This document shows, piece after piece, positions 1-11,096 of a DNA stretch of 64,000 nucleotides. Within the stretch, counting starts at the first letter, position 1. Every line of letters starts with the position of its first letter. The notes under the pieces were generated by a model. The model made no database searches, was not told where the DNA came from, and worked only from the letters and a program-made list of their open reading frames with translations. The DNA lies in NCBI RefSeq assembly GCF_006345805.1, contig NC_043008.1, forward strand, positions 36,270,001 through 36,334,000, given 5' to 3'. Origin of the DNA: Octopus sinensis. Lineage: Eukaryota. The position numbers and the translations under genes are program-made.

Positions 1-50
1 ATTTTGAAGCTAATCCAGCTTTAAATGACATGAAACATTTTTCACTTAGG
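1..50 (+). CDS. Candidate upstream exon (partial), possibly of AP5B1
   Basis: Only frame 3 is open (FEANPALNDMKHFSLR) and it ends at a good donor AGG|GTATGT at 50/51. No motif match, and I cannot link it to the exon chain. Confidence 0.3.
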
Positions 51-852
51 GTATGTTTTGCTTTTCATTGAGCTTGGAAATCCTGGTGGCATCTAATTCC
101 ATATCCCTAATCTATGGGTGTCTACACTCTCTCCTTGTAGATTATATGGCCATTCAACAGGATTAGTAGGGGCCTATGTGTATATATGTGTGTTTTCATA
201 TCTTAGGATTTAGAAATGGATGCCACCAGGATTACCAAATCCAATGAAGTACTTGAATGGAAGTTGTAATGATTTTTAATTCTTCACTGACATGAAAAAA
301 GCACCCAGTTCATGCTCTAAAATAGTTGGCGCTAAGAAGGGCATGCAACCATAAAGACCATATCAAAGCAGACATTGGAACTTCATGTAGTCCTTGGATC
401 CACTGGATCTTGTCAAACTGTTGAATTCATGCCAACATGGAATAAGGGCTTTACATAATGATGATGGTGATAATGATGGTTTGCTGGAGTCTGAGTTATG
501 AAAATATCTGAGACAGAGAGGTGTAAAATATTGGTAAAAATATTCTTGAACTCTCTCAGCAGAACTTGGGAATGACTCGACTTTTCAAGTATTGCAGTCG
601 ATTCAAAAGTTTGGGGTGAGGGAAGATTATTCCCATAATTTGTAGGTTTGTCCTGTTTGAAGACCTCTCATGCTAAAAATGGTTTCTAATTTAGACCCGA
701 AGCCAGCTCTTTTGAAGTTAGTCATAGCATTGAATTCAGTACTTGACAAGTAAGCCTCTGGAGGGGTTGAAAAACAAAGTTGATCTTGGTGTGGTTTAAA
801 CTTAGAACATAAAATGCTGGAAGAAAAACTTCAAAGCATTTTTTCTTATGGG

Positions 853-1105
853 TAGGCTGAGAGTTGCTGAAGCGTGGAACAAACTGCCGGCATCGGTTGT
901 TAGTTGTCGGAGCACTGCATCCTTCAAAACTTCCATGTTTCCTGAGATTCACCAACACTACACTTGATTTTCTCCCCTCCATACACATACAAGCATGTTC
1001 ACTTTCCAGACATTTCTACATTGCTGCATGTACTTTATATGCACTTTCTGACAAGTTGTGGTGCACCTGAGCACTGTATACAATAATTTCATTATTATTA
1101 TTATA
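853..1105 (+). mobile_element. CR1/L2-type LINE 3' end fragment
   Basis: Encodes LRVAEAWNKLPASVVSCRSTASFK, the typical RV..WN.LP..VV end of CR1/L2 ORF2, followed by a 3' UTR and an (ATT)n tail. Confidence 0.6.
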
Positions 1106-1609
1106 TTTTATTTTTATGCTGTAGGTCCTTGCCTTAATCCTGCCAGGTCCTTGCCTTAATTCTCTAGCATCGATACAGGCTATATCTGGCCCAAATATTC
1201 TTTATGTTTTTTGTTTAAACTAGTGGGATCCAGCCTCTCACACCAACTCTACCATGTCATTTTGAAAATAAACAATCACATCATCGTGTTTTCGAAGCTT
1301 CGAAATAATTCTCGATTTATTCAAAATGATACAAATACATTCTTCAGTATCTCAGGCGTGTCTTGTCAAGGGAGGTAACTCCTACTTGGAGTTTTCTCCC
1401 TTGGTTACTATGCATTTAATGTTACTAGCTATAATTTATTGATAGTGAATCAATATTTTTGTTATTGAATCGACAACAAAATAATGACCCTTTACAATTA
1501 ACACATAATTGTTATATTCATTGCAAACATACAAATAACAAATTTATTTTATTTAATCTTCTTTTAATTCAATAAATATTTTAACTTTGAAACTGAAAGA
1601 ATCCTATTT

Positions 1610-1642
<33 letters not shown>

Positions 1643-1695
1643 CAGAATGAGATAAAAAACCAAGGCTGTGAAGATTTTAGAACATTTATAAATAG

Positions 1696-1743
1696 GTCTT
1701 ACAGCTGTTTCCAGGATATTTATTATATCCTTTCATCAGAGAC
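1696..1743 (-). ncRNA. Minimal type I hammerhead-ribozyme-like motif (Penelope-type)
   Basis: Minus strand reads GUCU-CUGAUGA-A-AGGAUAU(aauaa)AUAUCCU-G-GAAA-CAGCUG-UA-AGAC. Stems I, II and III all pair, but the base of stem II is an A.G mismatch. Confidence 0.6.
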
Positions 1744-2176
1744 AGTGTGAGAAAATGGTTAAGCAATAGTTAATTTAGATAAGATATGAAATAGAGAGTG
1801 AAGTGGAGGAATGAAAATAGATGTGAGATATGCAGGGATATTGCATTTGTAGGTCCATTATTTAGGCAGAATGGTATACATATAAGATTCCAATACCTTG
1901 TGAGTAAAATCCAATAGTATCTAAAATTGGTCATTCCAAGTATAAAGTTTGTATATATATAGTTATGTGTGTATTTTTCTGTTTGTTCCTCACTGCTTGA
2001 CAACTGGTGTTGGTTTGTTTATATCCCTGCAACATAGCCATTTGGCAAAAGCGAATGAAAGAAGTAGTAGGCTTTTAAAAAATTAAATAATTTGTTTGGC
2101 CAAACCTTTCTAGGTGGTGCTCCAACATGGCTGCAGTCCAATGACTGAAACAAATAAAAAATATAAAGAATATAAA

Positions 2177-2593
2177 GGCGCAGGAGTGGCTGTGTGGTAA
2201 GTAGCTTGCTTACCAACCACATGGTTCCGGGTTCAGTCCCACTGCATGGCACCTTGGGCAAGTGTCTTCTACTATGGCCTTGGGCCGACCAAAGCCTTGT
2301 GAGTGGATTTGGTAGACGGAAACTGAAAGAAGCCCGTCGTATATATGTATATATATATATATATGTGTGTGTGCATGTATGTTTGTGTGTCTGTGTTTGT
2401 CCCCCTAGCATTGCTTGACAACCGATGCTGGTGTGTTTATGTCCCCGTTACTTAGCGCTTCGGCAAAAGAGACCGATAGAATAAGTACTGGGCTTACAAA
2501 GAATAAGTCCTAGAGTCGAGTTGCTCGACTAAAGGCGGTGCTCCAGCATGGCCGCAGTCAAATGACTGAAACAAGTAAAAGAGTAAAAGAGTA
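2177..2593 (+). mobile_element. tRNA-derived SINE family A, full length
   Basis: Head ggcgcaggagtggctgtgtgg (box A-like) and gggttcagtccc (box B-like), internal (TA)n(TG)n, (AGTAAAAG)n tail; many near-identical copies in the window. Confidence 0.85.
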
Positions 2594-2639
2594 TAGGTGT
2601 GACTTGGTGGAGTATTTAACTGTTGCCATTGTTTTTCAG

Positions 2640-2712
2640 ATCCGAGAAGTATTGAGTTGTGCTGATATTATGATGACCCGAAGACAACTTACCAACATCA
2701 TTCACAGTCCTT
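2640..2712 (+). CDS. AP5B1: AP-5 complex subunit beta-1, internal exon
   Basis: Acceptor gtttttcag|, donor |gtgaga; 73 nt, phase 0 to 1; encodes IREVLSCADIMMTRRQLTNIIHSP; phase-compatible with the next exon. Confidence 0.7.
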
Positions 2713-3216
2713 GTGAGATTGCTTTACATTTTTATCAATATTTAAATTCTTTAACACCTTTGATAGCAATCAGCCTAACATCACACTGGTTCTTTGACAC
2801 AAACCTCATGTTTTAAAAGTAATCTAAATTAATGACTGACTTTGATTAAAATTTTACATTAATTTATGTTCCAAATATTAACTTAATAATCCTTTCCACA
2901 AGTGGTACAAGACTTGAAATTTTATTGAAAAGAACTAGTTGATTGGATCAACCCCAGCTGGTATTCAGTTAGTACTTGTCTTATAGACCCTGGTGGGGAT
3001 AAAATTAAAGTCGACCATTGTGGTATATGAACTCAGAGCATGAAGTAAGAAAAAATTAAAATTAATGAGATCTTAAAATTAATTAAGAACCAGTGTGATT
3101 AAATCACTTAAGATTTTCCACAATTCTACTTTTTTTCTGAGATGTATACATGTTACGTATGTACAGATGTATGTATGTGCCCATGTATGTATGTGTGTGT
3201 GTATATGTACACACTG

Positions 3217-3276
<60 letters not shown>

Positions 3277-3442
3277 GTGTGTGTGTGGTGTGTGTGTGTG
3301 TGTGAATGTGTGTGTGTGTGTGTGTGTGGTCATTTGTCTCTGCACCCTTTTCTCCATGTAACATGGGTTAGACAATACACAATACTGAGGCAATGTTTTA
3401 CAGCTGGATGATAGTTCTTTGTGTAGCCTTGTTTCCCATATG

Positions 3443-3850
3443 TGCAGGAGTGGTTGTGTGGTAAGTAGCTTGCTTACCAACCACATGGTTCCGGGTTCAG
3501 TCTCACTGCATGACATCTTGGGCAAGTGTCTTCTGCTATAGCCCCGGACCGACCAATGCCTTGTGAGTGGATTTGGTAGACGGAAACTGAAAGAAGCCTG
3601 TCGTATATATGTATAAATATATATATGTGTGTGTGTGTGTGTGTGTTTGTGTGTCTGTGTTTGTCCCCCTAGCATTGCTTGACAACCGATGCTGGTGTGT
3701 TTACGTCCCCCGTCACTTAGCGGTTCGACAAAAGAGACCGATAGAATAAGTACTGGGCTTACAAAGAATAAGTCCCGGGGTCGATTTGCTCGACTAAAGG
3801 TGGTGCTCCAGCATGGCCGCAGTCAAATGACTGAAACAAGTAAAAGAGTA
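3443..3850 (+). mobile_element. SINE family A, full length
   Basis: Colinear and highly similar to 2177-2593. Confidence 0.85.
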
Positions 3851-3913
3851 AAAAAAAAAAGAGTAAGCAATAAAATTTTCATTTCACCCAAAGTGCTGAA
3901 TGTAAACATTCAC

Positions 3914-3964
<51 letters not shown>

Positions 3965-4265
3965 GCTTTGTACTGTTCCTGCCCATCAAATTCACTGATG
4001 ACAAAAAAACTAGTTGATGCAGGGTTACAGCAGAAGGCACTGGTCCAAGATGTGTTGTTGGATTGCTGTTCTATTGTCAAAAAAAAAAAACCTATCTCTG
4101 CTAAATTTCCTCAGTGCCAAACAGCAATATGATACTATTCATTATGTATTTGTGAAAAAAATATTTAATCTTACTATCATTACGACCACATACTTTCATA
4201 AAATTGGATTTTAACACCAAAACAAAATTCACAGCAAGACTAAATTTGTTTACATTGTGAGACTG

Positions 4266-4894
4266 TTTCTCTTTCATCATCATCATATTCATCCTCATCA
4301 CCACCACCACCATCCTCCTCCTCCTCCTCCTCCTCCTCTCCTCCTCCTCCTCACCACTACCACCACCACCACCATCACCATCCTCCTCTCCCTCACCACC
4401 ACCACCACCATCACCATCCTCTTCCTCCTCCTCCTCCTCACCACCACCACTATCACCTTCCTCCTCCTCACCACCACCACCATCTCCATCTTCCTCCTCA
4501 CCACCACCCTCACCATCCTCCTCCTCCTCCTCCTCACCACCACCACCACCATCACCATCCTCCTCTCCCTCACCACCCTCACCATCCTCCTCCTCCTCCT
4601 CACCACCACCACTATCACCTTCCTCCTCCTCCTCCTCCCCCTCACCACCACCACCAACATCTCCATCCTCCTCCTCCTCACCACCACCATCACCATCCCC
4701 CTCACCACCACCACCATTACCATCCTCCTCCTCCTTTTCCTCACCACCACCATCACTATCCTCCTCCTCACCATCACCACCATCCTCCTCCTCCTCCTCC
4801 TCCTTTTCCTCACCACCACCACCACCACCACCATCCTCATCCTCCTCATCCTCCTCACCACCACCACCACCACCACCACCCTCATCATCACTTT
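4266..4894. repeat. G-free (CCT/CCA/CAT)n mosaic trinucleotide tract
   Basis: No G on the plus strand between 4266 and 4894; internally duplicated blocks. Source of the artefactual ORFs 4257-5012 and 4298-4933. Confidence 0.95.
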
Positions 4895-4927
4895 GAAAAG
4901 ATCTATCAATAATTTTTTATATTTCAG

Positions 4928-4988
4928 GTACACCGTCGAATCCTGCTCTCATTGTTACCTTGGAGAAACCATACATGAAGTGGGAAAG
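4928..4988 (+). CDS. AP5B1: AP5B1 internal exon
   Basis: Acceptor ttatatttcag|, donor ag|gtaaat; 61 nt, phase 1 to 2; encodes (C)TPSNPALIVTLEKPYMKWE(R). Confidence 0.75.
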
Positions 4989-6202
4989 GTAAATTATTCC
5001 ATTGGACTTTAATTCCCCACCCAATCCTTCCTTATTTTCCTATCTAATTTATTTCTGTCTTTCACTTGTTCTGTGTAAGCTGTGGATGGCATGGCCGAGT
5101 TGGCCAACAGATCAACAGTTCAACAGTTCATATTCCAGTGTATTCCAGTGTATTAATTGCTGAGACACTTACCATTCAACAACCCAGTCTGCCTGACTGT
5201 AAATAGGTGCCACAAACTGGAATGTTTCTCTGTTGTAAGGAAAACAACAGAGGCATTATCCAAAATTATTATTTTGTCTCTTAATGGTTTACTTAATATG
5301 ATAAAGGGTAGTGCTCACACCCATAGCCCTTTGCAGAGCCACTGTGATTGGTAGGAAGAGGTAAGGAAGGTTCTTATCCTCAAATCGGAGACAGGGCCTT
5401 TAGGCTTGCAGCCAAGTGAACTCAGCTAAAGGCATCCAAGAACCAGGCGGTGATGGAGCATAATGAAAACATAATGGTCCCTCTCAAGAACTTCTACACA
5501 GTTCTACAGCTCTTGCCTTTAATTAAAATTCTTCTTTGATAAGTCATAGAAGGTTAATTAATTAAATTATCTCACAGCAGACATTATTACAAGATGTTTT
5601 GTTTTCTAGGGAGACTCTTTTATCAGGTTTACACTTAATGATTTTGGGATGTTGGACCATAGAAGCCTGAAGAATATATCTTACACTTCATTATTTACTC
5701 AGATTAACTGAGTCAAAGGATGTGGTGGTGGTGGTGGTGGGGCACTAAGTGGTGGATTGATCTGCTAGAAATAACAAATATATTTCTTTATCACCTTCAA
5801 TATATCTGGATAGAATGGATGCTGGCTTAGCTGTGTGGTCAAGAAGTTTGTTTCATTACTCTGTGGTTTTAGGTTCAGTCCCACTGCATAGGGAGCTGGG
5901 CATATGTTTTCTACTTTAAGCTTTAAGTTGACCATAACATTACATATGAAATTTGGTAGATGGAAACTGTGTGGAAGGAAGCTCATTGGAGGGACATCTG
6001 TTATAGGTTGGCAGGGTTAATCTGCTTTTAGCAGAGACTCCAATCTCATTGCAAGCAATCAGACCCAGCCACAAATCTTGGAGGCTTTGAAAAGAATCAT
6101 GGATGCTACCATTCCTTCTCTTATCAGGCCATTTATATATATGCCCCAGCATGGCCACAGCCTTAGGGCTGAAACATGTAAAAGAATAAAAGAAAAATAT
6201 AC

Positions 6203-6621
6203 ACTCTCTCTTTACTCTCTTTTACTTGTTTCAGTCATTTGACTGTGGCCATGCTGGAGCACCGCCTTTAGTCGAGCAAATCAACCCCCAGGACTTATTC
6301 TTTGGAAGCCTACTACTTATTCTATCGGTCTCTTTTGCCGAACTGCTAAGTGACGGAGACGTAAACACACCGGCATCGGTTGTCAAGCAATGCTAGGTGG
6401 ACAAACACAGACACACAGACATACACACACACACACACACATACACATATATATACATATATACGACAGGCTTCTTTCAGTTTCCGTCTACCAAATGCAC
6501 TCACAAGGCATTGGTCGGCCCGGGGCTATAATAGAAGACACTTGCCCAAGATGCCACGCAGTGGGACTGAACCCGGAACCATGTGGTTGGTTAGCAAGCT
6601 ACTTACCTCACAGCCACTCCT
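6203..6621 (-). mobile_element. SINE family A, full length, antisense
   Basis: Reverse complement of the family A consensus, including tail and head. Confidence 0.85.
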
Positions 6622-6664
6622 ATATATATATAAAATCAAAATAAACAATAGGATATTAAGTAAT

Positions 6665-6773
6665 GATGAAGTACAACCGTTTCAAGTGGCTCCATTTAAT
6701 TGAACAATGCATTTTGATATAATGATTGCATTGTTCAATTAAAGGGAGCCACTTGAAACGGTCGTACTGCATC
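6665..6773. repeat. Fold-back inverted repeat (47-bp arms, 15-nt loop)
   Basis: 6665-6711 is the reverse complement of 6727-6773 at 44 of 47 positions. Confidence 0.9.
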
Positions 6774-7027
6774 ACCTCTTGATATTCTGTTGCTTATTTT
6801 GATTTTATTCACCTTACTTCGAGGTGTGCAGATAATACTGTGCTTCAACTTAAGTACCTAATTCAACTGAATCTCAATTATATATATATATATAGTAACA
6901 AACTGAAGAAAAGAAATCCTTTAAAGGGGTGTGCTATATATGTAAATCACAGGCATACCACCACCACCACCACCACTCTAATACCCCCCCCATTGCTAAT
7001 TCTATTGCAACTGTGTTGCTGCTGCCA

Positions 7028-7036
7028 CTGCTGCTG

Positions 7037-7125
<89 letters not shown>
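7028..7125. repeat. (CTG)n(TAC)n(AAT)n compound microsatellite
   Basis: Directly visible; ends about 11 nt before the AP5B1 exon at 7137. Confidence 0.95.
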
Positions 7126-7136
7126 TTGTCTTTCAG

Positions 7137-7222
7137 AATCTCCTTTCAGCCAATCTGGAAAGAATCTGAAGTTTACAGTGAGGAGATAAATTCTGATTAT
7201 AAAGAAACACTGTCAGACCAAG
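7137..7222 (+). CDS. AP5B1: AP5B1 internal exon
   Basis: Acceptor ttgtctttcag|, donor ag|gtaatt; 86 nt, phase 2 to 1; encodes ISFQPIWKESEVYSEEINSDYKETLSDQ. Confidence 0.75.
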
Positions 7223-7542
7223 GTAATTATGTCTTCGTTTATCCTTAATAACATCATTGGTGGCTGGCTGAGTTATTAGATGGTTAATGATTCAGCAAAG
7301 AGGTCAGGGGTTTGTCCTCAGTCACTGGTACTCTGTTATTTTCTTGGGCAAGTTACTTAACTCTCTCAATGCCTGACTCCTTCTCACTATCTACAGATAC
7401 TACGGAAGGGTCTAGTTTACAGCTGGCAGCAGTAGAATGTTTATATGTTTATTTTCCAATATGGAATAAATGTAGAAATCCTGCATTAGGAATAAGGTTC
7501 TGAGTTCAAACTCAGCCTAAAGACATTTATATTATATATATA

Positions 7543-7603
<61 letters not shown>

Positions 7604-7718
7604 CTACATATATATATATATATATATATATATCTACATATATATATACATATATATATATACATATCTACATATATATATAATATATATACATATATAC
7701 ATATATATACATATCTAC

Positions 7719-7750
<32 letters not shown>

Positions 7751-7972
7751 CACGCATATATGTATATATATATATATATATAGATATATATATGGTGGTT
7801 GTTTACTCCTTATGCAGAGTCTGACCACCTCCTGTACCTACAGCTTAGATCCATCACAGTGTCTGATGTGATTTTTTAAAACCAGACAATGTTTTGAAAA
7901 GACACCCACATAGATTGCATATCCGATTTAGATCACTTCTGAGCTTTGTGGATCTTAATATATATCATCATT

Positions 7973-8170
7973 ATCATTATCATCATCATCGTTTAATATC
8001 TGTTTTCCATGCTAGCATGGGTTGGACGGTTCAACCGGGGTCTGGGAAGCCAGGAGGCTGCACCAGGCTCCAGTCTGATCTGGCAGTGTTTCTACCGCTG
8101 GATGCCCTTCCTAACACCAACCACTCCGTGAGTGTAGTCAGTACTTTTTATGTGCCACCGGCACAGGGGC
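7973..8170 (-). mobile_element. RTE-like 3' tail repeat with (GAT)n end
   Basis: Reverse complement of the segment ...ggaagggcatccagc...aacccatgctagcatggaaa...(gat)n, also found at 15560-15730, 17057-17240 and 18950-19155. Confidence 0.65.
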
Positions 8171-8212
8171 CAGACTGGTAAATGGACACAATCAGTTGGT
8201 GCTTTTTACGTG

Positions 8213-8266
<54 letters not shown>

Positions 8267-8472
8267 TTAAACAGAGGTTAAAATAACCACCTTGAGGGAT
8301 AGAAAATATCCATTGAATTACTGTTTTGTTGCCTATTATTTTGTTGTGAATAGTAATATTCCTAAAATAATAGGTTTAAGTATAAAAATCTGTTTATAAA
8401 TATTCAAATTTAAATCCAGAAAATGGAGAAATAGCATTAATATAATTTATTATCTGCAGAAATTCAAAATTT

Positions 8473-8557
8473 TCCCTTACAGCTGTTTCAATTTTGCCTA
8501 AATGGATTAAATTCCAGTAATTAAAATATTTTTGGGAGCAAAATCTCATCAGAGGAA
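8473..8557 (-). ncRNA. Minimal type I hammerhead ribozyme motif (Penelope-type)
   Basis: Minus strand reads UUCCU-CUGAUGA-GAUUUUGC(40-nt loop)GCAAAAUU-GAAA-CAGCUG-UA-AGGGA: intact core, 8-bp stem II, 5-bp stem I, palindromic stem III. Confidence 0.72.
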
Positions 8558-8680
8558 TAAAGAAGTAAAAAACACATATCGTTAGGTTATTAACATGTCA
8601 TTCTTCCAAAACATCTCAACAGACTGAATCTCATTTAATTACTAATATTAGTGTATGTATATATTTAATTACTATATTGG

Positions 8681-8739
<59 letters not shown>

Positions 8740-9311
8740 TGTATATAAGGCACTGGCATGGAGGTGTAGTAAGAAGTTTGCTTCCCAACCATATGGTCCT
8801 GGGTTCATTTCCACTGCATAGCACCTTGAACAAGGGTCTTCAACTATAGACTTGGATGTGAGTGGAAATGAAAGAAACACACTGCATTTGTGTGTGTGTG
8901 TGTGTGCATATGTATATCTGTGTTTGTTCCCCAGCCAGTGTTGGTTTGTTTACATCCACATTACTTTGCGTTCAGTTTTGCAAAAAAGACCGATAAAATA
9001 TGTAGCAGACTTTAAAAAAAGTAGTTCTGGGATTGATAAAAGATAGATGAATATGTATATGTGTGTGTGGGTGTGTATAGACATGTTTGTGTGGTAATGA
9101 AGCATGCTTTCGAAGCATGAGGTTTAAGGTTCCATCTCCCTGTGGGGCACCATGGTTAAGTGTCTTCTTTTATAGTCTTGGACTCAGTGAAACAAGCAGA
9201 TGCAAGCGGTACATAAGCTCATCATTTATAATTGTGTGTGTGTACGTGTGCATGTGCATGTGTGTGTGTGTGTGATTGGGTTTCTATTTCTAATTCTCTT
9301 TTCTTCTTCAG

Positions 9312-9388
9312 ATGTATTCGAACATTATCTCAAATTGATTGCTGCTGAAGACTGTACTTATTTCTTGACTGAATATCGGCTTAGCATG
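9312..9388 (+). CDS. AP5B1: AP5B1 internal exon
   Basis: Acceptor ttttcttcttcag|, donor atg|gtgagt; 77 nt, phase 1 to 0; encodes (D)VFEHYLKLIAAEDCTYFLTEYRLSM. Confidence 0.8.
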
Positions 9389-9827
9389 GTGAGTAGGCAT
9401 ACAAAAATTGCTTTGGATGCTCTTCCTGTATCTAACCCTTACCTATTTTTAAAGTAAAGCATGGCTTACTTCACATGCTTTCACCCCTGTAAAACTGTAA
9501 AACAGAGCAGCAGATGATTTATTAAAAATAGAAACGACAGCACCATCACTACTCGTAGGTTGCCATTTTTAGCGAAGTGCAAATGTGAACAAACTGATGA
9601 GTATGTATGTGTGTGAATGTGTGCATGTATGTGTGTGTGTGTGTGTGTGTGTAGTTAAGGAATTTGCTACCCAATCACTTGCTTTCAGGTTCAGTTCAGT
9701 TGTGTGGCACATTGGGCAAGTGTCTTTCACCACTATAGCCCCAGGCTGAACAAAGTCTTGTGAGTGGATTAAGGAGACAGGAACTGAAAGAAGCCTGTTG
9801 TATATACACAAATTTATGTGTGGAGCA

Positions 9828-10260
9828 TCAGATATGGTATGCAAGAGAGGCGACGGTGCTAGTATGATCATATGGTGAGAATAGATGAGGATAACAGTGT
9901 GAAAAAGTGCCACACCCTAGCGGTTGAGGGAACCTGTGGAAGAGGTAGACCCAGGAAGATCTGGGATGAGGTGGTGAGGCATGATCTTCGAACATTGGGC
10001 CTCACCAAGGCAATGACTAGTGACCAGGACCTTTGGAAATATGCTGTGCTTGAGAGGACCCGGCAAGCCAAGTGAGACCATAACCTCGTGGCCTATGCCA
10101 GGGGTGTAACCAGCCCACTTATGCGTACCTTTCCTTCATTGGACACTAAACTCTGCTTATTGAGGCAAGTGAAATTGAAATCAAATTCGATGACTGGCAT
10201 CCATGCTAGTGGAGCGCTAAGAGCACCATCCGAGCGTGATACAAATATTACAGGCACTTC
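9828..10260 (+). mobile_element. RTE-clade LINE 3' fragment
   Basis: Encodes VEGTCGRGRPRKIWDEVVRHDLRTLGL, the GRP..W...V..DL C-terminal signature of RTE ORF2, followed by a 3' UTR. Confidence 0.75.
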
Positions 10261-10622
10261 CCCTCCCCACTAACTAAACATAGACACACATAGAGGTATA
10301 CACATGTGCAAATGAAGACACATACAATAAGAATACAAAATACAAAATGATTGACAGTTAGTAAGGAAAGACACTCTAATAAGAAAGAAGAAAGCAAAGG
10401 ACCACTGATGAGGTCACAGAAGTGTGATGAAAGAACTCTGGCCGAAATAAGATTAAGATTAATGTAAAAAATAAATAACGCTGAAGCAAAGTAACACCAA
10501 ATATATAGTGCATGTGTTTTTATTGGCTAAACTGGCAAAATGACCATTCCTAAATACAACAATATTATTATTATTGTCCTCATCACCATCATCATCATCA
10601 TCCCTGGTCCTATTTTTTCCAG

Positions 10623-10701
10623 ACACCTCATTGCACTTTGGATGAACTGAGAGCCATCACCATTAACATCAATATAGATGCAAACTTTACCAGTATACCA
10701 G
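10623..10701 (+). CDS. AP5B1: AP5B1 internal exon
   Basis: Acceptor tattttttccag|, donor cag|gtaact; 79 nt, phase 0 to 1; encodes TPHCTLDELRAITININIDANFTSIP, comparable to the remembered human IYSLELRFRVEGQLYAPLE region. Confidence 0.85.
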
Positions 10702-11061
10702 GTAACTATCATTTTGACTTTACTTAAAATAATCTCTGCAGTAGATTCGAAACATCTACAAGAACAACAATATCCATAATACCGTATACATATGACCATT
10801 TTTTGTCTATATTACCATGTAATGCTTTTCTGGAATTCAAATCCAATTCTTGACTAATTTTCTTTGTTTCTGCAATATTGTTATTCAGTCATATTTTCAT
10901 GTAATAAATAAAGGCTGTGTAGTTAAGAAGTTTGCTTCAGGTTCAATCTCATTGTATGGCACCCTTGGCAAGTGTTTTCTCTTATAGTTGCTGACCAAAC
11001 ACAGCCTTGTCTCTGAATTTGGTTCATGAGAACTGAAAAAATCTCACCATGCATCTCTGTC

Positions 11062-11096
<35 letters not shown>

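Noticed and set aside
66-246. Short inverted repeat (15-bp exact core gatgccaccaggatt)
   Set aside because: Short and degenerate; probably an old MITE remnant with no further support.
1348-1374. 27-nt AG/GT-bounded candidate exon (YLRRVLSRE)
   Set aside because: The gggaggtaact donor motif recurs at about 28049 as part of a repeat, and there is no AP5B1 similarity.
560-1899. Candidate exons at about 560-616, 695-748 and 1834-1899
   Set aside because: Splice signals are weak or phases and intron sizes are inconsistent, and none shows an AP5B1 motif.
3079-3675. 198-aa ORF and many similar MLGGQTQTH / HT / YI / CV-rich ORFs across the window
   Set aside because: They come from SINE family A and dinucleotide microsatellites, not genes.
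4257-5012. 251-aa and 211-aa ORFs (poly-L/T, poly-R/V)
   Set aside because: Translations of a trinucleotide low-complexity tract; the real exon here (4928-4988) is in a different frame.
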